Shown: in pieces, positions 11,265-20,914 of the stretch
How the letters are laid out: every line of letters starts with the position of its first letter
How positions within the stretch are numbered: the first letter of the stretch is position 1
IMG/VR virus record: IMGVR_UViG_3300045049_000270
Direction: 5' to 3' (one strand)
Length of the DNA stretch: 64,000 nucleotides
Source of the DNA: a virus
Lineage: Duplodnaviria; Heunggongvirae; Uroviricota; Caudoviricetes
Notes under the pieces: generated by a model
What the model was told of the DNA's origin: nothing
What the model saw: the letters and a program-made list of their open reading frames with translations, nothing else
The model's database searches: none
Made by a program: the position numbers and the translations under genes

Positions 11265-12338
11265 ATGAAAGCGATTGACATTTCCAAGTTTCGTAAATCA
11301 ATCACTAGTGCAATTAACGGCATTAGTGTTGGTTTTAATGATCCACAGACGTGGGTCAGTACTGGTAACTATGCGCTGAACTATTTGATCTCAAGCGACT
11401 TCTTCAAGGGTGTACCACTTGGTAAGTCAACGATGTTTGCGGGTCAATCTGGTTCAGGTAAGTCATTCCTGGTATCAGGCAACATCGTGCGTGAAGCACA
11501 AAAGCAAGGTATTTTTGTGGTCTTGATCGACACTGAAAATGCACTTGATGAAGCATGGCTGAAGGCACTTGACGTAGACACATCGGAAGACAAACTGATG
11601 CGTATCAGCGCAGCTATGATTGATGATGTGGCTAAGATTATTAGCGACTTCATGAAAGAATACAAAGCAATGTACAAAGACGTTCCACGCGATGAACGGC
11701 AAAAGGTGATGTTCATCGTTGACTCACTGGGTATGTTGATGACGCCAACTGATGTTGATCAATTTGAACGTGGTGAATTGAAGGGTGACATGGGTCGCAA
11801 GCCAAAGGCACTGAAAGCATTGGTGACAAATGTTACTAATATGTTTGGTGAATACGATGTTGGTTTGGTCACAACTAACCACTCTTATGCTTCACAAGAT
11901 ATGTTTGATCCTGATGACAAGATCTCTGGTGGCCAGGGTGTTGTTTATGCTGCTTCAATTGTAGTTGCCATGCAGAAACGTAAACTGAAGGAAGATGCCG
12001 AAGGTAATAAGACGTCAGAAGTAATGGGCATTCGTGCAGCTATTAAGGTGATGAAGTCACGTTATGCTAAGCCATTCGAAGCAATGGAAGTAAAGATCCC
12101 ATACGATACTGGTATGGATCCATATTCTGGTTTGATCGAATTGTTTGAAAGCAAGGGAGTATTGCAAAAAGATGGCAATAAGCTAAAATATGTGGCTACT
12201 GACGGAACTGAACACAAGATGTTCCGTAAGCAAATCACTGATGAACTGCTCATGCAAATCATGCTTGAGTGGAATCACAAGCTTGCTGCTGATGAAGCAA
12301 ATCTCCAAGATCCAGTTGTCGAGGATGATAGCGAATGA
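11265..12338 (+). CDS. uvsX: RecA-like recombinase UvsX
   Basis: Walker A GQSGSGKS, IDTENA, IVDSLG, KGDMG, SGG, KSRYAKP. Confidence 0.92.
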   Translation: MKAIDISKFRKSITSAINGISVGFNDPQTWVSTGNYALNYLISSDFFKGVPLGKSTMFAGQSGSGKSFLVSGNIVREAQKQGIFVVLIDTENALDEAWLKALDVDTSEDKLMRISAAMIDDVAKIISDFMKEYKAMYKDVPRDERQKVMFIVDSLGMLMTPTDVDQFERGELKGDMGRKPKALKALVTNVTNMFGEYDVGLVTTNHSYASQDMFDPDDKISGGQGVVYAASIVVAMQKRKLKEDAEGNKTSEVMGIRAAIKVMKSRYAKPFEAMEVKIPYDTGMDPYSGLIELFESKGVLQKDGNKLKYVATDGTEHKMFRKQITDELLMQIMLEWNHKLAADEANLQDPVVEDDSE

Positions 12339-12598
12339 GCATCGAGGTTGAAGTTGATTTGTTTCTAGAACTTTGGGATTCTGTAAAAGACTTCATCCCT
12401 GCAAAGTCACGTGACGATGTTGCTGAGGAATTCCTCAGCACATTAGTGAATTTCGGGGTTGATGCCAAAGAACTGGGCATTATTGCGGAAGAAGACCGCA
12501 ATCTGCATAATGCGTATGAAGCTATGTATGGCCAGGAAATCGTTGACGAAGATGAAGAAGACGATGGTGGTGATTATAGTGAACTGAACTTCGATTAA
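12335..12598 (+). CDS. Acidic hypothetical protein
   Basis: ATGA-coupled to uvsX, continuous operon. Confidence 0.7.
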   Translation: MSIEVEVDLFLELWDSVKDFIPAKSRDDVAEEFLSTLVNFGVDAKELGIIAEEDRNLHNAYEAMYGQEIVDEDEEDDGGDYSELNFD

Positions 12599-12609
12599 AA
12601 GGAAAAATA

Positions 12610-13077
12610 ATGAGCGGGTGGTATGGCCGTATTACTGCGGATCCAGAAGATCTGACGCCACTCGTCGAGTGTTTGCTCCATTACGAACAAGAGCATGAAG
12701 AAGCACTCGCCGAGGTTAAAACAAAAGGCAAGATCGAACACATTTCAAAACAGATACCAGGTTGGTCTGCGTATCGTTTTGCACAATTGCAAGAGCTTGA
12801 AGCGGTCCTTGAATATTTGAATATTCAATTGCGAAAAGTAAAGGGTGAACGTTATCAGTTTTATATGGAAAAGTATGCACGACAACTAACCAGTCGTGAT
12901 GCTGACAAGTATGCTGATGCTGATCCAAAAGTTCTCGATCTTGCACTGCTCATTAACCAAGTTGCGTTAACACGTAATAAGTTCCTTGCAATCATGAAAG
13001 GATTAGAATGTTTGAATTGGCAAATTTCAAACATTGTAAAATTGCGTGTGGCTGGAATCGAGGACGCGACTATCTAA
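12610..13077 (+). CDS. uvsY: Recombination mediator UvsY-like
   Basis: Helical protein with LTSRDADKY.DAD and WQISNIVKLR; position after uvsX. Confidence 0.75.
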   Translation: MSGWYGRITADPEDLTPLVECLLHYEQEHEEALAEVKTKGKIEHISKQIPGWSAYRFAQLQELEAVLEYLNIQLRKVKGERYQFYMEKYARQLTSRDADKYADADPKVLDLALLINQVALTRNKFLAIMKGLECLNWQISNIVKLRVAGIEDATI

Positions 13078-13300
13078 GTGGTTCGGGGTTTAATTTTGTT
13101 CCATTGGCTTTCCCAAATGGTGATAAGGTTAAATCCCGCTTCTTTCAATCTGGCTTCTCTATCTAATGTTTCTCGATATAGTTGGCCAAATGTCTTGCCG
13201 TTAGAACCATTTATGGCATTAGAATCAAAGCATTCTAAATTGCCGTGCCAATAATCACTATAAAATTCATAAATTGTGTTTGTGTGATAATCAATCGCAT
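13074..13300 (-). pseudogene. C-terminal remnant of a Vsr/DUF559-like (Hef-type) endonuclease
   Basis: D.ID..TNTIYEFYSDYWHGN...ETLDRE.RLKEAGFNLITIWE..W; no N-terminal part or SD. Confidence 0.7.
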
Positions 13301-13444
13301 CCTCCTCTTGGTGAGGGTGAATCAATTGACTGGACTTGGAACGGGTATTGGCTAGAAGTTGATGACAATGTTGCCCTTCAGTTAAAGATCATGTTCCCAA
13401 CGATTTTCTTCCGCACACATCATATGCCAGATCTCAAGCGATAG
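13301..13444 (+). pseudogene. C-terminal remnant of a small protein resembling the FKLxW family
   Basis: Reads PPLGEGESIDWTWNGYWLEVDDNVALQLKIMFPTIFFRTHHMPDLKR* with no proper start. Confidence 0.4.
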
Positions 13445-13499
13445 GCTTGTTGCCAGTTGATTTCTTCGCTATACTGTGGCACATTTTGGGAATACACGA

Positions 13500-14150
13500 A
13501 TGCTCACAGTTGAAGATTTGCTAGACGGCCTTTATGAATTGGCATCGAACTGCATTGAACGCGATGCTTGGAAAACGAATTTCATCTACAATGTGTATAG
13601 TAGCGTTAATACTTCGCCTGGGCGAGCTCTTTCAACGGCGCAAGCTAATGTCATTCTGAAGCTTGCCCGTCAACATACTAGCAATCTAGCGAACCACCAG
13701 AAATGGAAGGTTGCTGATATTCAGGCTGCCATTAGTCGGCCGCAGTACAAAACTCCTCCAGTCCAAAGTCAAAATATTCCACGCGAGGTTCGATATCTTG
13801 GCGGAAATAAATTAGCCTTCAGGTTCAAGATGGACGAAACCGTCACACGTGAACTGAAAGCGCTGCGAAATTCACATCCAAGTGAAAAAGCATTTTTCAA
13901 TCGAAAGTATCGCGTTTGGGTTGTAACCGTATCTCCAGTAAACTTAGAAGCAGTCCAGGGAATCATCGCCCGGCATAAGTTTGCATACGAACAAGCGACT
14001 TTGGAATTCTTCATGCGGATGACGAACGGCAAAGATGCCTTACCTTCGATAAGGTACAATAACGACACTGGCAATCTTGTTTTCACTATTCCCAACAATC
14101 CTGTTTTGGCTCAATTGGTTGAAGCTTGCATGGGTGGCATCACACAATGA
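13500..14150 (+). CDS. Hypothetical protein (resembles helicase-associated N-terminal domains)
   Basis: Long ORF behind TTGTTG-N17-TATACT; FNRKYRVWVV segment. Confidence 0.65.
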   Translation: MLTVEDLLDGLYELASNCIERDAWKTNFIYNVYSSVNTSPGRALSTAQANVILKLARQHTSNLANHQKWKVADIQAAISRPQYKTPPVQSQNIPREVRYLGGNKLAFRFKMDETVTRELKALRNSHPSEKAFFNRKYRVWVVTVSPVNLEAVQGIIARHKFAYEQATLEFFMRMTNGKDALPSIRYNNDTGNLVFTIPNNPVLAQLVEACMGGITQ

Positions 14151-15001
14151 ATGTATTGGAACTTGTACCAACACCAGCGAACGCACGTCGCATCAAGCGT
14201 TTGATGTCAATCATGAATCTGAGCGTAGATCCAGTAGTTGCTGATTTGGCAGAGCTTGATGTATTTGATGCAGCCGCAGCTTTTGATGCACTTCCTCCTA
14301 CTCAAAGATCGATTGCCGCTTCTAAATTTACAAGTGTTGTAAGTTACCTTGCTGATTACAATTGGCGAGGAATGATTGTCGCTAATGATGATCTGGAGTT
14401 ATTGAAAGCACAGTTGCTAACTGCCTTGGTAAGTGGGTTGCGACCAATAAGCATTGTCACAGTTGATAGCAGCAACCGTAAGATTGAGGCTATCACATCG
14501 AAATTGAATTCGTTGAATATTGATTACGAAGTAATTGATGATCGCTTTTCTGGTCTTACCAAAGACGTTGTGGTCGTCTCTCCGATCAATCTTACGCATG
14601 CGGTACTTCGTGAGCTGCGAAAGGGCATATGTATCAACCAATCAACTAATATTTGTGCTCCAAACTATCCTCTTTACCCTTCACCAGGGCAAAAAATTAA
14701 TAAACTGGTGAATTATGAATTGCTCGGAATGGAGTTTGAACATTTGATTTTAGGTATTGCCGAAAATCAATTTGAGCATCGTTACTCGCAAGATCATTAT
14801 TACCAAAAGAAGCAAATTCTTCATTGGTACGAGACTAAGAATTTCTGTAATGCTCTGTCGGCGCTGCATCCAGAACAGAACTTCGGCGAATTGTTTGATG
14901 TTGGTAATAACCAATTCATACAAAAGCGCGGTTTCATTCTTTCTGCACCTGACCACTTTGCCAAAATCATTGGTATCAATCTAGACCTTCTGAACGCATA
15001 A
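14147..15001 (+). CDS. Hypothetical protein
   Basis: ATGA-coupled long ORF. Confidence 0.65.
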   Translation: MNVLELVPTPANARRIKRLMSIMNLSVDPVVADLAELDVFDAAAAFDALPPTQRSIAASKFTSVVSYLADYNWRGMIVANDDLELLKAQLLTALVSGLRPISIVTVDSSNRKIEAITSKLNSLNIDYEVIDDRFSGLTKDVVVVSPINLTHAVLRELRKGICINQSTNICAPNYPLYPSPGQKINKLVNYELLGMEFEHLILGIAENQFEHRYSQDHYYQKKQILHWYETKNFCNALSALHPEQNFGELFDVGNNQFIQKRGFILSAPDHFAKIIGINLDLLNA

Positions 15002-15010
15002 TTTTGCGAG

Positions 15011-15046
15011 CGAAGAGCCATCAATTGATGGCTCTTCGTACATTTT
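15011..15046 (+). terminator. Terminator-like hairpin
   Basis: CGAAGAGCCATCA-AT-TGATGGCTCTTCG. Confidence 0.65.
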
Positions 15047-15129
15047 GCTGAAAGTGAATAGGTGGTTATAGAATACCACCTATTAGAACTGGAATTAACC
15101 AGTTCCTTTTGTGCAAAAAGTACATAAGA

Positions 15130-16650
15130 ATGTCACAAAAAGTAGTTCTTAAAATTGAGGACGAGGTCAACATCAAGTTTATCGATCTTGATCCTCATAC
15201 TCGAAGAAAGATTGTCGAAGGTCTAAAATATTTCATGCCTCATGCTCGTCATACTCCAGCTTATAAGCTGGGTAGATGGGATGGTACAGTCAGTTTTGCC
15301 ACAGTTGGCGGCGCTTCATATCTCAATCTTCTAGATAGAATTCTTCCTATTCTAGCTGAGAGCGGCTACGATCTTGAACGTGATCTAGAAATTATCGATG
15401 AACGACCTGTTTGGGATTTCCAATTTGATGAAATCGACGAAGAAGTAGTAGCCGAACGCAAATGGCCAGCAGGTCATCCAGCAGAGGGCGAACCAATTAT
15501 GTTGCGTGACTACCAAGTCACAGCAATTAACACGTTTCTAAAGAACACACAATGCATACAAGAGATTAGTACGGGTGCGGGAAAAACTCTTCTCACTGCG
15601 GTGATGAGTTTGATGGCGGAAAAATATGGCCGTTCAATCGTTATCGTACCATCGAAGTCATTGGTTGTTCAAACTGAAGTCGATTACAAGAACATGGGTC
15701 TTGATGTTGGCGTTTACTATGGTGAACGCAAAGAACTCAATCGCACTCATACAATTTCAACTTGGCAATCACTCGCAGCATTGATGAAGAAAACAGCGGC
15801 AGGTGAAGCTGATGAATACACGATTGGTGAATTCCTTGAAGGTATGGTCGCCGTAATCGTTGACGAAGTTCACTCAGCTAAGTCAAACGATTTGAAGACA
15901 TTACTGACTGGTCCTCTGGCAAACGTGCCGTTGCGTTGGGGAGTTACTGGTACAGTACCTAAAGACGAAATCGACAAGGTAAGCATTAAGGTCGGTCTTG
16001 GTGACGTCGTAGGGCATATCACAGCAGCAGAATTACAAGAGAAAGGTGTGCTGTCACAATGTGACGTGAATATCGTGCAATTGGATGACGATCACGTTGA
16101 ACATAGTTCCTATGCTGAAGAGCATGACTATTTGGTCAGCGATAAAAGGCGTATGGAATGGATCGCGAAGTTCTCACAGAAGGTCAATCAGGATGGCAAC
16201 ACACTTATTCTAGTTGCTAAGGTGGAAACTGGTCATATGTTGCAGGGCATGATTCCAGATAGTGTATTCGTATATGGCCAGACTAAGAATTCAGAACGGT
16301 TTGAACAATATGAAGAAGTAAATACGTCATCAAACAAAATCATTATTGCCACATATGGTGTGGCGGCTGTGGGGATTAACATTCCACGTATTTTCAATCT
16401 GGTTTTAGTTGAACCTGGTAAGAGTTTTGTTCGTGTCATTCAAAGTATTGGCCGTGGCATTCGTAAAGCCAAGGACAAAGACTACGTCGCGATTTTCGAC
16501 ATTACTAGTACTCTCAAGTATAGTACACGACATCTATCGAAGCGTAAGACCTTTTACCGGGAGGCGAACTATCCATTTAATACGACAAAGGTAAAATACC
16601 TTACAGATTTAAATGGCGAAACATTAGAATTGAATAAGAAGAAAAAATAA
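15130..16650 (+). CDS. uvsW: SF2 DNA helicase UvsW-like
   Basis: LRDYQ, TGAGKT, DEVH, GVTGT, GINIP, QSIGRGIR. Confidence 0.92.
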   Translation: MSQKVVLKIEDEVNIKFIDLDPHTRRKIVEGLKYFMPHARHTPAYKLGRWDGTVSFATVGGASYLNLLDRILPILAESGYDLERDLEIIDERPVWDFQFDEIDEEVVAERKWPAGHPAEGEPIMLRDYQVTAINTFLKNTQCIQEISTGAGKTLLTAVMSLMAEKYGRSIVIVPSKSLVVQTEVDYKNMGLDVGVYYGERKELNRTHTISTWQSLAALMKKTAAGEADEYTIGEFLEGMVAVIVDEVHSAKSNDLKTLLTGPLANVPLRWGVTGTVPKDEIDKVSIKVGLGDVVGHITAAELQEKGVLSQCDVNIVQLDDDHVEHSSYAEEHDYLVSDKRRMEWIAKFSQKVNQDGNTLILVAKVETGHMLQGMIPDSVFVYGQTKNSERFEQYEEVNTSSNKIIIATYGVAAVGINIPRIFNLVLVEPGKSFVRVIQSIGRGIRKAKDKDYVAIFDITSTLKYSTRHLSKRKTFYREANYPFNTTKVKYLTDLNGETLELNKKKK

Positions 16651-16891
16651 TCAAGGCTTCTGTTTACAATTGTCTCCATACCATCTAGAAAAGTTTGGCT
16701 TGGGGACAATTTTATGACAATTCTGGACATTCAAGCATTTCACGATTGGCATGAGATATTTTCATCTTGGCAATTGCGTCTGGTGAGTGTGAAATTCCTT
16801 TATTTGGTGCGATGCGCCCTTTGAAAGGTTTACTTTTTGCAGTTTCAATAATTCTAAAGTACCATGTTGTATACTTATTAGCTAAGAACAT
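16651..16891 (-). pseudogene. Degenerate homing endonuclease (nuclease core deleted, frameshifted C-terminus)
   Basis: AGGAG SD, then MFLANKYTTWYFRIIETAK fused directly to NUMOD3-like NKGISHSPDAIAKMKISH. Removing one extra base restores CPEC-HKIVPKPNFSRWYGDNCK*. Confidence 0.7.
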
Positions 16892-16940
16892 ATGTCTCCT
16901 GTTATGCATGTCATATGTTCTATTATTGACAGGTGACAAA

Positions 16941-17441
16941 ATTAAGATACTTTTACCAGAAAACCGAAGCTTTGACATGAACGAGATACCAGATGAGGTG
17001 GATGATCTTCGGTACTGTGTTCTGGATTATAGCAACCAGCAAGACGTTGATTTCTTCTTTATACCACTGATTTTCTTGGATAACTTCCCACGTCCTGCTG
17101 CTGATTTGCAATTGGGACCATACCGCATCCAAATGCCATTAGATTGGTCAATTATGATCGTTGACAAAATCAGTGGTGCAATGGAAATCTTGGAATTGAA
17201 GAATATTAATGACCGAGAATTCACGGCATTTGCCATGAATCCAATTAACGGCTACATGCCACACTTTTTGGATATCACCATCTTGAACATCTTCCCAGAT
17301 GTGAACTGGTATTTCCCAAAACTCAAATACGGCCATATTCTAGCTGTGCCTGTTGAGGACGGCGATTCTCCACTTTGTGTTTATTTTGTCAAAGACACAA
17401 ATAAATTACCAGACGTCTTAGACATTACCAAAATCGTCTAA
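16941..17441 (+). CDS. Conserved-looking hypothetical protein, probable ATT start (alternative ATG 16977)
   Basis: AGGTG SD at 16931, then ATT AAG ATA CTT. The upstream in-frame extension overlaps the antisense endonuclease remnant. Confidence 0.7.
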   Translation: MKILLPENRSFDMNEIPDEVDDLRYCVLDYSNQQDVDFFFIPLIFLDNFPRPAADLQLGPYRIQMPLDWSIMIVDKISGAMEILELKNINDREFTAFAMNPINGYMPHFLDITILNIFPDVNWYFPKLKYGHILAVPVEDGDSPLCVYFVKDTNKLPDVLDITKIV

Positions 17442-17540
17442 AAGAAAGCCCGATGAAAAACATTTCTTCATCGGGCTCACTAACCTGCGGTTTTGGGGAG
17501 ACTCAGGTAAAATTCATCTGGGGATTTGTTTTCCCCTACA
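17441..17540 (-). ncRNA. Candidate late small RNA
   Basis: Minus-strand GATAAATA (17545-17552), two hairpins, then a GC-rich terminator hairpin with U tail. Confidence 0.35.
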
Positions 17541-17577
17541 AAAATATTTATCATAGATCTCAAAAGAGATAGGGATA

Positions 17578-18108
17578 ATGAGCGAAACGCCAAAACTAGA
17601 TATTTTCTATGAATTAGAAAATGCAGATCTGAAAAATATGGATTTCTATGCCAATTTGGAACCAGAACTGCAAAAACAATTTTCACCATTAGTGGCAATG
17701 CGTTGGATGAGTGCCGTTCCTGATAGTTCACCTTACAAAGATTACTATATAATGATGGTGAATGGTATAGTCAATGTTGACTTTTGGTCACTCAGGGATC
17801 ACCCAGAACTGCAATGGAAGCTTATGGCTTTAGCAGGTTGCGGTACGAAGATCCGCCATTCATGGATCCCCATGGCTAAACGTAAGAAGATCGGCAAGAT
17901 CGCAGAATTCATGCTGCGATGGTATCCAAGTGCTAATGATATGGAACTTGGAATTATAATGTCAGGAATGAATAGAGATGGATTCGAGCAGTTTGTTAAA
18001 ACAACCGGCGCAAGCGACGAAGAACTCAAAGAACTCCTCAAACAATACGACGTCGAAAACGGCACGAGCGCCCCGAAAAAAGCAATCACAAGAAAACGAA
18101 AAGCCTAA
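17578..18108 (+). CDS. Putative clamp-loader small subunit (gp62-like)
   Basis: FSPLVAMRWMS...HPELQWKL...HSWIP pattern, replication context. Confidence 0.5.
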   Translation: MSETPKLDIFYELENADLKNMDFYANLEPELQKQFSPLVAMRWMSAVPDSSPYKDYYIMMVNGIVNVDFWSLRDHPELQWKLMALAGCGTKIRHSWIPMAKRKKIGKIAEFMLRWYPSANDMELGIIMSGMNRDGFEQFVKTTGASDEELKELLKQYDVENGTSAPKKAITRKRKA

Positions 18109-18778
18109 ATTTGAATGTGAATTCTGTAAGAAGTCATTCGCTCGAGAAAGCACATTAGCGGTTCACATTTGTGTTAACAAGCAACGATGGTTGAGTAGAG
18201 ATGAGAAATATGTGAAGATGGGCTTCTTCATATACAAAAAGTTCTATGATCTCAATTATCGGAATGCGAAGCCACGCTCGTATGATGACTTTATGAAAAG
18301 TTCACATTACACTGGTTTTGTGAAGTTTGGAAGATATCTACTAGATATCAACGCTATAAACCCAGAAGCATTTGTTGAGTTTTTACTCAAGGCGCGAGTG
18401 CCAATGAAAAATTGGGAAAAGCCATTCGTTTATGAACAATATATTCGAGAGTTAAATAAACGCGAACCAGCTGATGCCGCATTTGAACGCAATGTATTGT
18501 TGATGCAGCAATGGTCTCTGGATACCGGTGTTGATTGGACAGAATTCTTTAAACAAGTTAGTCCCATATTAGCCACAAAATGGATTCAGGGTGGGCGGGT
18601 AAGTCCTTGGGTATTGTATGCGGCGTCAACATCTGAACATCTGTTTAATCGCCTTAGCGATGAACAATTGAAGATGATCGAACAATGTGTTGATCCAAGA
18701 TTTTGGACACGTAAATTTGAGCAGCAGCCAGATGATTTCAAATTCATCAAGGATTTACTACGAGAAGCGGGAGTATAA
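17978..18778 (+). CDS. Zinc-finger (CxxC...H) hypothetical protein; start uncertain
   Basis: FECEFCKKSFARESTLAVHIC; overlaps the previous gene by up to 131 nt. Confidence 0.7.
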   Translation: MDSSSLLKQPAQATKNSKNSSNNTTSKTARAPRKKQSQENEKPKFECEFCKKSFARESTLAVHICVNKQRWLSRDEKYVKMGFFIYKKFYDLNYRNAKPRSYDDFMKSSHYTGFVKFGRYLLDINAINPEAFVEFLLKARVPMKNWEKPFVYEQYIRELNKREPADAAFERNVLLMQQWSLDTGVDWTEFFKQVSPILATKWIQGGRVSPWVLYAASTSEHLFNRLSDEQLKMIEQCVDPRFWTRKFEQQPDDFKFIKDLLREAGV

Positions 18779-19104
18779 TGACACCAGAACAACGAGCTTT
18801 GATGTATGGCCCTCTTGAGGAAGATGCGATAGAATCTGAGGCTCAGTATCAACCAGAAGACATAGAAACTTCTCTAGCAAGTGCGGGTGGTGGTATGGTG
18901 ACTATTGCTGTTGGTAAATCAACAGCAACCGTACCCACTATCGCATATACAAAAATACTGGAAAATCGTGTTATTGAGCTTGAACGAGCCCTCAGAAATG
19001 CAAATAACACTAACCGCAGAATGTCTGTTTCATTGAATCAATTAGTGAAAGCCGTTCAAAATTTGGAATCACAGCTAAACAATAAATTGGATAAACCATT
19101 CTAA
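18778..19104 (+). CDS. Coiled-coil hypothetical protein
   Basis: TAATG-coupled ORF, heptad pattern. Confidence 0.65.
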   Translation: MTPEQRALMYGPLEEDAIESEAQYQPEDIETSLASAGGGMVTIAVGKSTATVPTIAYTKILENRVIELERALRNANNTNRRMSVSLNQLVKAVQNLESQLNNKLDKPF

Positions 19105-19592
19105 TGGCTACCTCTTGCTATATTACTGATTATACGAAGAACGTTCGCTCAGCCTTGTTCTTCAAACTTGATGACTTTAGTGAAGTCATCGATGCTTGGG
19201 AAAAACAAGATGCACTTCTAGTTGACCTTAGCCAACAAGTAGATATGTTTGCTAATATCACTAGATGGTGCGATCTTGAGCCTTTACATTGGCAATTAAT
19301 TCTTGCTACAAATTTCAGATCAATTGATGCTCTTCCTGAAGAAGATCAAGAAGACATGACAAATCCTACGGTAGCCAGCTTTCATCGTATGATTATGGGA
19401 CTTGTGCTATGTTTGGAAGAACGTTGCCAATATGCTCATGTGGATACAATTAAGATAATAAGGACTGGTGAACTGGATTGTAGTTATGAATTCACAATTA
19501 GTATGATGGCTATTCGAGCCAATGACGGTAATCAACAGAATAAGCCGAAACCCACATTTTCAGTTGTTGTGGATAACACTGACAAAAAATGA
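19104..19592 (+). CDS. Hypothetical protein
   Basis: TAATG-coupled ORF. Confidence 0.65.
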   Translation: MATSCYITDYTKNVRSALFFKLDDFSEVIDAWEKQDALLVDLSQQVDMFANITRWCDLEPLHWQLILATNFRSIDALPEEDQEDMTNPTVASFHRMIMGLVLCLEERCQYAHVDTIKIIRTGELDCSYEFTISMMAIRANDGNQQNKPKPTFSVVVDNTDKK

Positions 19593-19657
19593 AAGAATAT
19601 TAAAATATGCGATGCAAACTACTGGGCTTTCCGATCACATCATAAGAAAAAGATATT

Positions 19658-20248
19658 ATGGTTAGAACTGATATTGACATTGACTTTGCCAATAGAGATT
19701 TGGCATTGGCAGAGCTTGCTCATATTCCTGCGTCAATCGAAAAGAATAATGCCTTTGTACGACATAACAGTGGCGTATACTTTCAAAATATTCCTGTCAA
19801 TCCGTTTACCGAATTGGCAAGTATTCCATATCAACAAGCTGAAGAGTTAGGATATATCAAGATCGACTTCTTGAACAACAGTATCTATTCTGGCGTAAGA
19901 GATGAAAAGCATCTTGATGAATTGTGTAATAGGGAGCCAGATTGGGAATTTCTTGAATCACACGATTTCGTTGATATGCTTGCCCATTTACATGGTCATT
20001 TTGATGTAGTCGACGCTATCAAGCCAAAAAATGTAATTGATTTGGCAATTTGTTTGGCTCTAATTCGCCCAGGTAAGCGGCATCTACTAAATAAAAGTAG
20101 AGCCGAAATTGATAAAGAGATTTGGATCCAGCCTTCAGATGGAACCTATCATTTTAAGAAGTCACATAGTTTAGCCTATGCGATGTCAATAGTGGTTCAG
20201 ATGAATCTTATTGTCGAACAGGCATTAGAAAGCAGTGACAACGAATGA
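19658..20248 (+). CDS. Miniature DNA polymerase III alpha (DnaE)-like protein
   Basis: DIDIDF, HNSGVY, GYIKIDFL, LALIRPG and FKKSHSLAYA in only 196 aa. Confidence 0.8.
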   Translation: MVRTDIDIDFANRDLALAELAHIPASIEKNNAFVRHNSGVYFQNIPVNPFTELASIPYQQAEELGYIKIDFLNNSIYSGVRDEKHLDELCNREPDWEFLESHDFVDMLAHLHGHFDVVDAIKPKNVIDLAICLALIRPGKRHLLNKSRAEIDKEIWIQPSDGTYHFKKSHSLAYAMSIVVQMNLIVEQALESSDNE

Positions 20249-20675
20249 TAAACGATCATTAATTGAGCCATCAGCACAAATATGCGTTGGTACTGATGGT
20301 TATCGAGAACCATGGTTGTGTGCCGATGTCACTAGAGGCAATGAAATCTGGTATACCATTCGCCTCTTTCCGCTCTACCATCATGAGAAGCGATTAACAA
20401 CTGGTCGCTTTGTTCAATACAGTTCAAGTCCTCTAGACTATCAAGCAACTGTTCGACTTAACACTACAAAACCATTGCCAGTTTATGCTGGTATTGAGTT
20501 TCCAACTTTCAATGCGATTGTGCAAAAGCAGGTCGAATGGTGTGTCGAACAATGTGCAGAATTGGGTGGTCAATGGTCAATTCATATTGAATCATTTTCT
20601 GTTACTGATCTTGCAATAAATTATACCTTCAATAATCCTACTGTAGCCGTTGCTTTTAAATTGATCTGGCTATGA
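20235..20675 (+). CDS. Hypothetical protein, FKLxW family
   Basis: EWC...W...FNNPTVAVAFKLIWL. Confidence 0.7.
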   Translation: MTTNDKRSLIEPSAQICVGTDGYREPWLCADVTRGNEIWYTIRLFPLYHHEKRLTTGRFVQYSSSPLDYQATVRLNTTKPLPVYAGIEFPTFNAIVQKQVEWCVEQCAELGGQWSIHIESFSVTDLAINYTFNNPTVAVAFKLIWL

Positions 20676-20914
20676 GCCATTTCAAAGTAATGCAGCCTCG
20701 TGTTCTTCCTCGTTTTGAAACGTTGAAGTTTATAGTCGCTATCAATCAAATAGCTAGTTTTCGAGAACTAGCTTCAATCTATAGCTGGTGTTATATGAAC
20801 TGTACTGAATGGAACCTCCAAATTGCCAACAATCTGGAGGATCCTGGTGTGGTATTGTTTGGATTTAATGATGAATTAGAAGCCCTGATGTTTAAACTTA
20901 CTTGGGCTTGCTAA
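20672..20914 (+). CDS. Hypothetical protein, FKLxW family
   Basis: SWC..NC..W...FGFNDELEALMFKLTWAC. Confidence 0.7.
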   Translation: MSHFKVMQPRVLPRFETLKFIVAINQIASFRELASIYSWCYMNCTEWNLQIANNLEDPGVVLFGFNDELEALMFKLTWAC

